A DNA stretch of 64,000 bases from NCBI GenBank assembly GCA_002269645.1, contig NIVC01002074.1, positions 1 through 64,000 of the forward strand. Direction: 5' to 3'. Positions 13,226 to 25,425 of this stretch are shown here, piece by piece. The first letter of the stretch is position 1. Every line of letters begins with the position of its first letter. This DNA is from Macrostomum lignano (lineage: Eukaryota). The notes under the pieces were generated by a model. It was not told where the DNA came from. It saw only the letters and a program-made list of their open reading frames with translations, and ran no database searches. The position numbers were made by a program, and so were the translations under genes.

Positions 13226-14268
13226 GAACTATAACATACGATCAGAGAGATGGGATTAGTGCTGCAATTAAAAAGGGATCTGGTCAAGGATAGAAAGGGA
13301 TCTGGATAAGATTTAAACCAGGGGGATTGGCTCGATATTAGGATCATGAAAATGGGATTTGTACTGAAATTGAAGGGATTGGATCTATTAAAATGTATAG
13401 ATTCCATCCCAGTCCTCAGTTTCTGTTAAGTTAGACATTTAAAGAACGGGATTAAAATTGTGTTTTTTTCAAAATTAACAATCGGATGGGAAAATATGTG
13501 CATGGCAAAAATTGGTTGCTATATTACTGTCAGGAACGGAGACTTTCAAAGAATTCGCATACCTTCTTGTGCACCACAGTTCGCCGTGGGAGTCGGTTGC
13601 GGATGAATTTAAAATGGAACGCAAAATGTCGGTTTTAATTTTTTGACATGCCCCCCCCCCTATGATGCAAGCCGTCGTGGAACATATGATGCTTCCTTTC
13701 CTGCCTCGTCGGGTTCCCATCGCAGCCGGGATACGCAGGTATAGACACGGGGGGTATCGCATAGAACCAGACGGACAGTTGTTGTTAAGGAGCTACATGT
13801 ACTCGCGGGGGCGAGAGGGCCACGGATGAATACTTAGCGTAAAACATGCCAGACTAGCTGGAGAGGCCGACTATATAGAAGCTAAAAGAAGACAAGCAAA
13901 AGTTAAAACACTTTTCAAATCTGCTTTTTTGGCGTAAAAATGGTCGATTCACATGGCTTAGCAGAAACTTTAATTAAGCCTTAAGCTTGACCCATTCATT
14001 GGAGGCCTAGAAGCAGAACTGAAGGTAGCAACTCTTTGCCGAACCCCGCACTTTCAGACAAAATGAAATCAATCACATGCCTACCTACCTAACATGTAAG
14101 ATACAAACCATTTTTAGTATATACGTGTAGGACTCTGGGAGGAGGGGGAGACAACAAAGAAAGGAATACATTGTTTGAATAACTACATTTAGGTTTTGAC
14201 CTTGTACAGTCGATGTTGTTAATATCTCAAGGAAATAATGTTAAAAAAGCAAAAAAAAACATTTATCC

Positions 14269-15475
14269 AGCATTCCCTGTGAGCTTCGGCATCAAAACCT
14301 TACTTTAAATTTAAGCCATGGCTTAATCCCTACTCACCAATTGATTTACGAGTACCTTTGGTTTTGACTTACCAATAACTTCCAATTGACCTTTGGCATC
14401 TCAGCTACCCCGCCCCACCCATGAGCGACAGAATTTCAGCAATTCCTCCGTAAGCCTTAGCATCTAGCAATTCCCCCATAATCCTTAGCATCGCAGCAAT
14501 TCCCCCGTAAGCCTTAGCATCTCAGCAATTGCCCCGTAATCCTTAGCATCGCAGCAATTCCCCCGTAAGCCTTAGCATCTAGCAATTCCTCCGTAATCCT
14601 TAGCATCTCAGCAATTCCCCCGTAAGCCTTAGCATCGCAGCAATTCCTCCGTAATCCTTAGCATCTAGCAATTCCCCCATAAGCCTTAGCATCCAGCAAT
14701 TCCCCCGTAATCCTTAGCATCTAGCAATTCCCCCATAAGCCTTAGCATCTCAGCAATTCCCCCGTAAGCCTTAGCATCGCAGCAATTCCCCCGTATTAGC
14801 ATCGCAGCAATTCCTCCGTAATCCTTAGCATCGCAGCAATTCCTCCGTAATCCTTAGCATCTCAGCAATTCCCCCGTAAGCCTTAGCATCTAGCAATTCC
14901 TCCGTAATCCTTAGCATCTCAGCAATTCCCCCGTAAGCCTTAGCATCGCAGCAATTCCTCCGTAATCCTTAGCATCTAGCAATTCCCCCATAAGCCTTAG
15001 CATCCAGCAATTCCCCCGTAATCCTTAGCAACTAGCAATTCCCCCATAAGCCTTAGCATCTCAGCAATTCCCCCGTAAGCCTTAGCATCGCAGCAATTCC
15101 CCCGTATTAGCATCGCAGCAATTCCTCCGTAATCCTTAGCATCGCAGCAATTCCTCCGTAATCCTTAGCATCTCAGCAATTCCCCCGTAAGCCTTAGCAT
15201 CTCAACAATTCCCCCGTAAGCCTTAGCATCGCAGCAATTCCCCCGTATTAGCATCGCAGCAATTCCTCCGTAATCCTTAGCATCGCAGCAATTCCTCCGT
15301 AATCCTTAGCATCTCAGCAATTCCCCCGTAATCCTTAGCATCCAGCAATTCCCCCGTAATCCTTAGCATCGCAGCAATTCCCCCGTAATCCTTAGCATCT
15401 CAGCAATCCCCCCATAAGCCTTAGCATCGCAGCAATTCCCCCGTAAGACTTGACATCTCAGCAATCCCCCCAAGA
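14269..15475 (+). mobile_element. Dispersed non-autonomous element, copy A: ~140 bp unique leader plus 28-29-bp minisatellite (tctcagcaattcccccgtaagccttagca)
   Basis: Leader and repeat unit are both homologous to 31134-32340 (36/42 identity over 14364-14405 vs 31206-31247). The array itself is certain; the element interpretation is inference. Confidence 0.6.
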
Positions 15476-16009
15476 GTTACAGCATTTTATAGCAAATGTC
15501 ATATAGCAAATAGCAAAAAATGGAAAAATGAATCCGATGGAACTGGAAAACTGCAGCCAGTCCTACTACAGTTGTCTGAAAATGGTGGGCTCGAAGGTGG
15601 GTCTCCTTCGACTTGACCACTGCAGACCCCCGCGACCTCCTCCCCCCCTCAAGTTAGCGGCTTTTAGCATCCCAGCTGCTCTCCTGCATCACCAGGGAAG
15701 GGGAGTCAATGGGATTCGCCTGTTCTTTGCCGGCAAACTTGGCAACTGCATGGCACTTTGTGTCGCTGCGTCGTGAATGCTTTTGAAAAAGCTGCATAGC
15801 CGGCACTTAAGAGTTGCCAAGTGATTGAAAAAATGCTGTTCGTGGGAGTTTCTTTACACAATTGACCTTCCCTGTCACATTCTCCCGCCGCGGGGAGAAC
15901 CACAGATGGAAGTACTCGTATGTTAACCTAGTGGCATGGTTTGCTTTAATTCCGTTAACTGGGTTATTTTGTATTTTGGCTGAGAACTGAATGGGGTGTG
16001 TATGGACAG

Positions 16010-16320
16010 GAGTTTTATTGGGTGTTTATTGGGTTGGAAGTTTATGGACTAGGTGCTTATTGGTTTAGAAGTTTATTTGGTGTGTGTGTATTGGGTTGGA
16101 AGTTTATTTGGTGTGTGTATTGGCTTGGAAGTTTATGGGCTGGGTGATTATTGGATTGGATGTTTATAACCTGGGTGTTTATTGGGTTGGAAGTTTATGG
16201 GCTGGGTGTTTATTGGGTTGGAAGTTTATGGGATAGGTGTTTATTGGGTTGGATGTTTATTTGGTGTGGGTATTGGGTTGTAATTTTATGGGCTGGGTGA
16301 TTACTGGGTTGAAGTTTTTC
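16010..16320. repeat. Degenerate ~31-bp G/T-rich minisatellite (tttattgggttggaagtttatgggctgggtg)
   Basis: About 10 diverged tandem copies. Confidence 0.85.
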
Positions 16321-18059
16321 AGCTAGAATTTTATTATAAGTTTATAGGCCGCCTGCGAAATGAATTTATGCAGTTATGCACATACCGAGTTTGTAGGTTC
16401 TTGCCACTAAATTGGCAAAAAATCTGCACAACTGAAATGAGTAAATAGCTAACTAAAGAAATCGACGCATTCCGCGTTTTGAAAAAAGCAACACTAAAGA
16501 TGAATTCGAAGCGCTCACATGACGAAATGCTGAAATTCATGAACTTGGCATTGTATACCTCGGTTGACAAATCACCGAAAATTTCAATATTCTGCATTGT
16601 CATACTGCAATCCATTGCGTTTAAACAGTCCGTCCATCGCTCATATGGGACAGGTATGTTGCTTTTTTGCTTCATCTAGCCGACCTGACAGAGAAAAATC
16701 TGCTTCTGGTAGAAGTTTGATGGCAGGAGCCGGAGGAATTCCAGCCATAGACATCTGGTCACGAAAGCCCACGCATGGGACACTGCAGGAGGCGAACCAA
16801 GTGGAGGCAACCCAAATCCGTTTTTACAACGCCTCTGGACCCCCAGCATGTGTTTTGTCCCACTTTTTGCTTTGCCCCCTACTTTTAATTCCCACAGGTC
16901 TTTGTTTTTTCAAACGGCGGGGCGGATTTCCTCATGGCTGCTAGTTGCGTATGGGAATTAAGTCCGGGGGGCTTGTGTTTTTGTCAATCACTCGGCGGGG
17001 TCCTGGCCAGAAACAGGAGAAGAAAAAACTGTCCCCCTATACACGCGCAGGTTCCCACCGCTTTGCCAACACCTAAATCTGTTCTAATACTCCGGCGCCG
17101 TCCTCCAAATCCCACTATGGCACCCCCTCCCGCGACAACGTCAGCAAGGCACCCCTAGCGACTAGATAGGGATTGGCATAGGAGTGACCATTCCTAATCT
17201 CCCACGGGTACGAAAATTTCCCAAAACTTCTTCCCAGACTCTTTTCGCCATCCCCCCTCCCCCCTACTGAGCTGCGTTGTCAAGGCCTGCTGAAGGAGAC
17301 AGTGGGGGGAACGGACGGTGGAACTTGCCTTGAGACAGACAGGGAGCTTCGCCGCGTCAGCTTCCGGAAACTCCCGCCGCCGCGCCCCCCGCGGAGTCAA
17401 AGCCGGGAATTTCTATGCAAGTGGTCTGGGCCGGCGGCTGCAGCGGGGAGCATGCAGTTCCATCCGTTCCCGCGATTTCAATCGTAGCCGCGGTTAGAAT
17501 AGCTTTAGTGGTCAACCTGCCTGCAGGTTAGAGTTTAAGTGGCCGCCGCATGCGCCCATGGGTCTGGGCCGCATGTTGCTCTGCTGGCTCGCTCGGATGA
17601 CCGATGCCCAATGCATTTTTCCAGTTACCAAGGCTTCCCGAATGGACTATTCATTGTTCTTAACTACCGCGCGTTATCATGATGCAGTAGCTGGTTGGGA
17701 TTCTGTGAGCAGCGGGGGTCCGTATCGATATCACGGCAGTCGCAACCTCCGGAGTGATCGCCATGAAATCAGACATTGTTTGCAGGGCTGAAATAATTTT
17801 TGCTTCCCAGTACAGTTTTTTTTAATCCGTACCTCCAAAAAGAAATTTATTTGCTCATTAATTTAGTCAAGTGAAATTTGATCTGGGTGTCAGGCGAACT
17901 GGAACCATCATTGTCTTCGTTACGCTCGTAAAGACCAAATTTCGTGTGATCACACAACTTTTACATCAAATATACACACACCCTCAATAACTCCAGCTAA
18001 TGCTGATACCCATTTTACAGCTGTGTGAACTGAAGCAATGCAGATTTAAGTGTCTTGCT

Positions 18060-18480
18060 CCTCGAGAGAGGAGAGGAGAGGGAAGAGGAGAGAGGAGAGG
18101 GGAGAGAAGAGAGAAGAAGAGAGAGGAGAGGAGGGGAGAGGAGATTTAAAAAATAATTTAGAGATTGGAGAGAGGAGGAAGAGGAAGAAGAGAGAGGAGA
18201 GAAGAGAGAAGAAGAGAGAGGAGAGGAGGGGAGAGGGCAGGGAAAGGAGAGAGAGGAGAGAGGAGAGAAGAGAGGAGAGGAGAGGGGGAGGAGATGTGAG
18301 ATGAGATGAGAAAGAGGAGAGAAAAAGAGAGAGGGGAGAGAGGAGAAGAGAGAGGGAGAGAAGAGAAGAGAGAGAGAGAGAGGAGAGAGAGGAGAGGAGA
18401 GAGGAGAGGAGAGAGAAGAGGAAGGAGGAGATTAGAGACTAGGTGAGAGAGAATAAATCAAAGAGAAGAGAGTAGAGAAG
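18060..18480. repeat. Purine-rich (GA/GGA) low-complexity tract
   Basis: Almost entirely A and G. Confidence 0.9.
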
Positions 18481-18510
18481 TGTCAAAACGACCCGAGAAT
18501 AGAGAGGCTT

Positions 18511-18554
18511 CGCGGGCCGCCTGTGGCCCGTGGGACGGACTTTGCCGACTCATG
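18511..18554. mobile_element. Probable hAT-type MITE terminus (cgcgggccgcctgtggcccgtgggacggactttgccgactcatg); similar end ttgccgacccctgg at 60700-60713
   Basis: Resembles the GGCCCGCGGGCC...TTGCCGACCCCTG ends of non-autonomous hAT elements. No clear partner TIR was found. Confidence 0.35.
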
Positions 18555-19924
18555 GTATTTACTAAAGAATCACTTCAAAGCTGGCTTATAGGTTTCTGTA
18601 AAAGTTATTGTTCCACCATCAAACGGTAATTTTGAAGCAAGTAAGGTTGAATTTATTTCGCGCTATTTTTACGGTTTGTTAGATACGAGCTAGATTGATT
18701 GGAGTCTAATAGTTGATAAATCTGCTCTTACCATTACAAGCTGTATTCAAACTAAAGAAATTATTTTTTTAATGGTTTTGAAAGCATGTAAATTTCATGT
18801 ACATCTATCTAAAGCTATTAGCTAATCATAAAATTATCAGCACAGGAATGTAATTGACAAAATTTAATGTTTATTAAATCGAATACTTTTGCAGTCAAAT
18901 ACCAGTCACACTCCAGGCTGGCAAATTGGTGAAAACGCCTTGCAAATTATGTATGTAATGTAAATGTAATTTACTTTAATTTAATGTAATTTAATGTAAT
19001 TTACATCACATGTATGTAAATGTACTCTTAGCAGCTGTCTCGCATGAAAATACTCGTAATAGAGCTTCGGATCTATTAATTTCGAATAAATATTTAGCAT
19101 AGGTCGTGGATCTAGCTCAAATTGTGTCTACTATTAATTTTCATAGATAAAAAAATGCTTCTATTCATTTTTTCTATCCATCCAATAAATCGCATTCGGT
19201 TCCGGGCGTCCAAAAAAATCAGAGTGTCAAAAATTTTGTGTTGTTTCATATATTTCTTAACCGCTATGTAGCAAGTTGTCAACAGCTAGCAAGAATTCTC
19301 CTGGATAAATACGCCGAATTTGGGGGAACATCAATCAAATCATGTCGGCATAAAACAAAAAACGACCCATTTACCGTAAGAGTTGAATAAGAATAGAAAA
19401 AACTTTTTGATAACATTAACTACTTGCAGTAGTGATGCTCGAGGAAGTACGTTTCGCTTTGGCTTTTGAACAAATAAAGAAACTTCCAGACTTATTAAAA
19501 GCGCAAGCCATCAAAAACTGGAAAAAAACTTGTCATAATTTCAAAGGAATTTGAGAGTAAGCTAGGTAAGACATTAGGATCCGATTGATGCCATGGATAC
19601 AAGTTAGCAGAATTTAGCATTTTGGGTCGGCTCATTGGCCAAATCAATATTGGACGTAATTGATTAGCACAATGCTTTCATAAGGCAGAAAGTCTAGCGA
19701 TTGAGGTCTATTCCAGTAAATTTAGTAGGGCAAAACTTAGAAATGTGGTGTCCAAGGAGAGAATTTCAAACTCAGTACAAGTAAATTGTAAATAGCACGA
19801 GCGTATAGAGAACACTAACTATGGTCTAATTATTGCTGTCACAAACTTAGGCATTAGGTTTTTCGGTGCTATGTACTATTAATCCCAATTCGCAAAAGTC
19901 TATTCATAAAGTGATCACAATCAG

Positions 19925-20101
19925 TTATGGCTTGTTCAGATCCTTGCAAAAACGGTTGCACTGGTGCGTACCAAAGAACTCTTTGATGCCGTCCGCACCA
20001 AGGTTCGTTGGATGGTACCGTGTGACGTCCTTGCAGTGGATTGCCGGGTCAGTCATCCAGATCTGCGGCTTCGAGTTTCCGGACGACTTTCGGATGCAGC
20101 C
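19925..20101 (-). CDS. vWA-alpha-kinase A (predicted active), exon 2 (not in the ORF track)
   Basis: ctacttcag|GGC acceptor. Encodes GCIRKSSGNSKPQIWMTDPAIHCKDVTRYHPTNLGADGIKEFFGTHQCNRFCKDLNKP*, containing the alpha-kinase TDP, NLGxxG and HxCxxxC motifs. Confidence 0.93.
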   Translation of the reverse strand, partial: GCIRKSSGNSKPQIWMTDPAIHCKDVTRYHPTNLGADGIKEFFGTHQCNRFCKDLNKP

Positions 20102-20190
20102 CTGAAGTAGGATATGTGATGGTTTTGCTATACAGCAAATGCTGAAAAGTGTTATGAACAGATCAGTGCATGGTATAAAAAGAGAACAAC

Positions 20191-21672
20191 CTGAAGGTCC
20201 ACAACGATCAGAAAGCCTTTAGTTGCGTTCCAAGTCCAGTGCGAGAATGCCGTGATGTAATCCAATACCTCGGGCTCAATTCCATACTTTTTCATCTCGT
20301 CAGCGCGCCTCTCCACAGTGTAGTTTAGGTTGTTTGTAAACTTCACAAACAGAGCGTCCTTCCCCATGAACTCTTCGCACGTCATTGTTCTGCTGGATGG
20401 TTGGCTGAGAACAAGCGTCTTTGTTGTGATGAACTTGATCTCGATACCGCTGGGCGTTGACTGACTGAACTCGGTGGCAAGAAAGGCTGCGATTGTTTGC
20501 ACCTCGCATGACGAATTGCATCTGTCCAGGATTTTATCGTGCTTATTCATACTTTTTGGCTCTTTTAGTACCATGAGCTGGTCGGAAGATGGACTACCGT
20601 CAGAATAGTGCTCCCCAAAATCTGCCAGCAGTGCATAAAACGCAAGCCTTTCTGCACCCTGGGCAAAAGGACTTTCGGATATCCTGACTTTTACGGAGCT
20701 GCCGTGCTCCTGTTTAATAGCTTTGTCGTCAATGATACAAGCAATTGAAGATGGAACAACAAACTCCAAAAAGTGGCCTACATTCACGGGCCTTTTTGAC
20801 CAGTCTGGAATCTCCGGTTTCAACGCAACTTCAGGCAGATTTTTGGGGCAAGCGACCAACTTGGAATTTTCTACGTTTCGTTCGACTGAAGTGGCGATCG
20901 ATTGAATAACCGATCCAGCTATCTGCTCAATTCCTGCCACTTCAAAGTGCTCAATTGTTCTACCGTAGGCGATGGCAAACTTGATCAGCATTTGCGCTGT
21001 TGACTTGTTGATCTCTCCAAAGTAATAGTCGATTTTCAGTTTTTTTATTTTATCGAACAGATCATGCTCCGTGCGACCCTTCGGATCCCCATTCGGGTGG
21101 CTGTCACCGAGCTCGCTTGTATGATATTCATTTCCGTGGCACGGAGCGTCGCAGATGTGAAAAATGATCCGCGTGCCTGCGGTTTCTGACCAGTTGAGTT
21201 TCGTGGTGGCCTCCAAACCCCCGAACACGTCTTCCGGTGCGTCACCTCCGCCTGTAGCAGCAATTTTTTCCAGAAAGCTGACGCACTGTTGGCTGTTTTC
21301 GCTGAAGTCGAATACTTCAAGCGGAACAGAATCGGTCAAGTCTCGGTAGGCTACAACGGCAAACCGGATCTTCTCAACAGTCGCCTGATTTTGCTGGCTG
21401 CGAACTAGAGTGTTCACTATCTTCTTTATGCTGTCCTTTGTTCCAGCGATGTGCCCAGCCATACTGCCAGTGGCGTCGAGTAGAAAGCACATGTCGACAC
21501 TCCTCGATTGCTTTATTTGGCTCATGGTCTTTTTAATGTTGTCCTGCGTGATGGCCAGCGCCAGCTTGAAGCGCCTGACTTGCTCATCTTCATCTGTGGG
21601 GTCAGGACCAAACTCCACGCCTCCGTTCTCGCAAATGTTGCGCAGCCTCTGGTTTAGCCGACTTAGGTCCAT
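20191..21672 (-). CDS. vWA-alpha-kinase A (Dictyostelium VwkA-like architecture; 552 aa with exon 2), exon 1
   Basis: vWA MIDAS DATGS, TGGGDAPE and ICDAP; alpha-kinase PFAQGAERLAF, VLKEPK, CEVQ, KFTNN, AFSHWT and VVDLQ|G. An 89-bp GT-AG intron splits DLQ/G. Confidence 0.93.
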
Positions 21673-23777
21673 ATTTTTCTTGTTTGGATTTATTTTTCAA
21701 AAGCTTGGGTATAAAGCAGTGCCGTTCGTCTGCTTTTTGAATTAAAATTAATGCGATATGAAACTACGAGTAAGAAGATATATTAAATTCAAAGTGCGCG
21801 GACAGGCCCATGATTTCCAGGAAACTCCTTCGACTGTACGCTTTGAATTTTTGCTCTAACTGTACACTCTGACTGTATACGTTTTGTTCGATAGGAAGAC
21901 TAGGACTTGACTTTATGAGACGAAGAGAGACAGAGAAGGACCGCACTTTCTTCCACATCGCTTGTACAATCAAAAGTAATGAGACTTAAGCCGTCCATTC
22001 GATCCAGATAGATACAGAGACGGCAATGTAGCGATACGGAACTTCTCAAAGAATTTCTAGGAAATTGGTAATGAGTCAATTGCTAGCATTTCTTGGAAAA
22101 AATGCTGTACATTGTGGCACTAGAGTGCGTTTCATCCTTTCAGAGGAAGTGTCCAACCGCACAGACAGGGCAAATCACATTCACAAACCACATTCGCTGG
22201 AGAAGCGAAATTTAAAGCCAGTATTTTTGCACATTGCACAGCATTTTAGCTAAAGCCAAATTTTAGCTACGCCAAGTGACTCAAGTCTATTTCCAACCCA
22301 AGAAACACGAACCGATACTAAATCCAGAACTTCGTCATTCAACGTAAGTAAAAGCGTATGCGACTAGCTTCTTAAAACTGTTATTGACGGTGTGGGAGCT
22401 TGTATAATTTTTTTGTTTTGGACCATCAAGACTCGTGATAAAAACCAGGTATGTGACTGTAAAATTGACGAGTTCAGTTTGTAAACTGTACAGCTACTCA
22501 TATAACGGTGCATATGTGTAGCTGCATCCTCTTAGTTTCTCAAGTAAATACTATAAATCCTGGAATCGCTGAGTTGTCAAGGCTCATGTAGGAATCTCTG
22601 AAATGTTGTGGCTCATGGGTTGCTCAGATGTTTTGAGCCAAAGATCATAGGGGATCTGATAATTTAGGCTAGATAGCTGGCTTTCATGGCGGATGCTATT
22701 TTGTTTTAAAGATCATTTTCCCTATGAAACTAACAATAGTGACTGTAAAAGGTCATAAACTGCATGTAGTTTATTCAACTCTTTTTTAGCCTCCCAAACA
22801 AGGGGCACAGATTCCTAGCTAGCACCTTGCTAATGTTCGCGACCATAGACAAAATTTCCCGAACCATGTACACACACACACTGGTGATTGCGTGCATGTT
22901 TTGGACAGAGAAGTCGAGGCCTAAGAAAAATAGCATTTCCGGCCGGATATTCATTCCCTGGTCCACTGCTAACTTTCTCTTTTAATTAACGCCAATACAT
23001 GTAGACACGGTGGTCATGTATAGCGTAACAAGATAACATAACAAGCAGCAAGGGACTCGGATCATCCGGACGCAGCGGGGTAGGCGTTCCATTCCGCTAA
23101 CCCCTAGCGACCCCTGGCCCCCGTCGCGCAAGGAGATCCGGTGGTGCCATGTCCGGAGCGCGGTCCATCTCCAGGCAGTGGATGGTCGCTCGCCCGGTAG
23201 CCCTTAGGTAAAAATTTTCGAACCTTAAAACGTTCGAAAGGTCCGGTTTTGGGCCGAGGTAGGTGAGCTTGTCCTGAACAAAGACGGGGCATTCACAGAT
23301 AAAGTGCTCCGCATTCTCAACACCGGAAAGGCAGAAGATTCACTTTAAGACATGAATGTAAGAGACACGCACAGCTATTTGGGTAAGGTTCGTAAAAATT
23401 CATTTCTTCGCTAAATGGAGAAACAAAGGTTTTTTAACTTAAATATTAGAGTATCGCTTTTTAAGTTATTTTCTCTCCATTAAATTTACTCCATTTTCGC
23501 ATGGTTTGTATGTATATGGTTACCTATCTTTCGTACGAGCGTATGTTCCTGCTTACAGGTAACGTCTCAGTGTCTCTCATTTAATTTTTTACAATGCCTC
23601 TCCAAAACAATTGAAGTTAAAAATGAAACTACGAGCGTACGATCGAAAAATACTATGTAAAGTAGTCAACAGTACAGAGCTTCATTAAAAATGCTTCTCA
23701 TGCATATAACACAAGCAATTACGTTATTAATTCCTTACTTCCCCATCCAATCCTCATTGCAGACTTCGTCGTACGCT

Positions 23778-25307
23778 ATGCTTTCCATTAATGAACGAAT
23801 TCGATGGATTTTTGAGCAGAGCGATCTGGAATACGGAAGGCCCACCGAGAATGAGGAGGAGCTTGTCCGCCGCTTCCAAATTGCAATTCAACTGCGAAAT
23901 CAGAAAGTTCAGCAGGTCTTAGAAGAAGAAGAGCAAAAAACGAAAGTATTAATCTGCTTCGTAATTAACTGCCAAGTTCTGACTGATTTCAGGCATCGCG
24001 ACTCAATTCGAAGAGCTATCCTAGCATTGTCGTCGAAAATAAAATACTCGAAGCGAAAAAGTTCTGCCATGTTAGTGGCGGCTTTATTTTACAGGAAACA
24101 AGGCTATCAAGTCATTACCTGTACATCTGACATTCAAGACATTCTGGACCTAGTAGACAGTCCAAGAAGTACTCGTATGCGTGGATATTCATCGGCTTCT
24201 TTAGTGGAAGAGCTCGAGGGGATGAACTTTGCCGCATTGGTTTGTCCAGAGTCGCACGAAGCGATTTCTAGTTTCAAAGCTGTCGTTCACTTTACGGACA
24301 AGCCACAGAATTTCAATCCAGTATCAAAGGCAATTAAGGACCGTGCGTCAATAGTTGGTGACAGCTTCCGTCAGAAGAATCTGAGTTACTACTGGGTCCC
24401 TATCAGTTGGGATGAAAAAGTTTTAACTGTACTCAAGAAACACTTCGTCGGCATGGAAGCCATTGAATTGAGGAGCAGTGACGCCCTAGTAGAAAAAATT
24501 CTTCAAGATGCGTACAGGCGGTTCCGCAATGCCCAAGTTGAAATCTGCGGTATTCCAAATTTCACCGTAGCGACTGCGACCCCCGATTTGGGCGCTCCGG
24601 ATTGGAAGGATGCGGCTGCAGAAGACTTTCAGTACCATGCTATTGGCGTGCCGGCTTCAATACAGAGCATCGTTGACGGTTCCGAACTCAGCCGAACCGT
24701 CTTCAGCGTGCAAGTGAGGAAATCAGCCCGTCCCTTCGCGTTCCAAGGACTGGCTGCAGAGTACTTTGCGCTACTCAAAGAGGGGGAAGCACCATGGCAC
24801 AAAGCAACTGTGCGAGAGTTCCTTGTATCCGACTTAAAAAATACATTCAAGCAGCCTTTCGTTCTTCTCAATACTTGCGAGATTCTTCAGGTAGCGACGT
24901 TTTTATTTCAGGAGTTCAACAGGTTGAATAAAATCGTACGAGTCGTCAAGCCCTTCACGACTGCCGTCATCATTCCAAGGACGCGACGTGCAGGACTCGA
25001 TCCAGCACTGCTATGCCCATTTCGATTTGAGAAGAAGCTCGCGGGAGCCAATCAATTTGAAATAATTGACGACGACTGGAATCCAGGTGAAGTGACGTCA
25101 GCTAACCCAGTTGAATCTGATTGCAGAGGTGCCGCTGGTACTGGAAACTCGTCCTCTAAGCAAGCGTCCTCAGGCAACCCTGAAAAGCACTGTTTCTCCG
25201 CTTCTCGACGATTCAAGCTAGTAGATCCAAACGTGCCCGTTCTTGACTGTTTTGCGCACTGGACACATGCTATCACTGGCGGCTATTTGCTAGTGGAAGG
25301 TCTTGAG
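23778..25307 (+). CDS. vWA-alpha-kinase B (predicted pseudokinase with degenerate vWA; 576 aa with exon 2), exon 1
   Basis: Colinear with kinase A: INERIRWIFEQSDLEYGRPTENEEELVRRF vs LNQRLRNICENGGVEFGPDPTDEDEQVRRF; PDLGAPDW vs PEIPDW; RPFAFQG; CEIL; CFAHWTHAITGGYLLVEGLE. Start placed at the Met that aligns with A; donor GAG|GTCTGT. Confidence 0.88.
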
Positions 25308-25425
25308 GTCTGTTAACACGCAAACACGCGTCAATTTTTAAGATTCAATAGCATATGTACGAGCTACGAGCGTACTTTTTCTTTATATTCCGAAGCATAG
25401 CCTGAAAAACACCTGACTTTTGTAG

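Noticed and set aside
16400-16860. Protein-like frames and a strong donor (ACAG|GTATGT at 16654); faint resemblance to a vWA helix and to an RTE W..PTHG motif
   Set aside because: Matches are only a few residues in stop-interrupted frames and cannot be told from chance without a search.
18895-19565. Two exon-like segments with good AG/GT signals (18895-18950 and 19430-19565; QIPVTLQAGKLVKTPCKL / VMLEEVRFALAFEQIKKLPDLLKAQ)
   Set aside because: The second segment has stops in all three frames, no recognisable domain, and no compatible upstream exon. It could be a decayed gene but is unsupported.
23063-23071. CATCCGGAC (HPD) as the missing upstream DnaJ exon
   Set aside because: Flanking codons do not resemble J-domain helix II, a stop follows four codons later, and kinase B lies in between.
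23691-23777. Upstream ATG extension of kinase B given by the ORF track
   Set aside because: The extra 29 residues have no counterpart in paralogue A, and a ttgcag acceptor-like site precedes the aligned Met at 23778.
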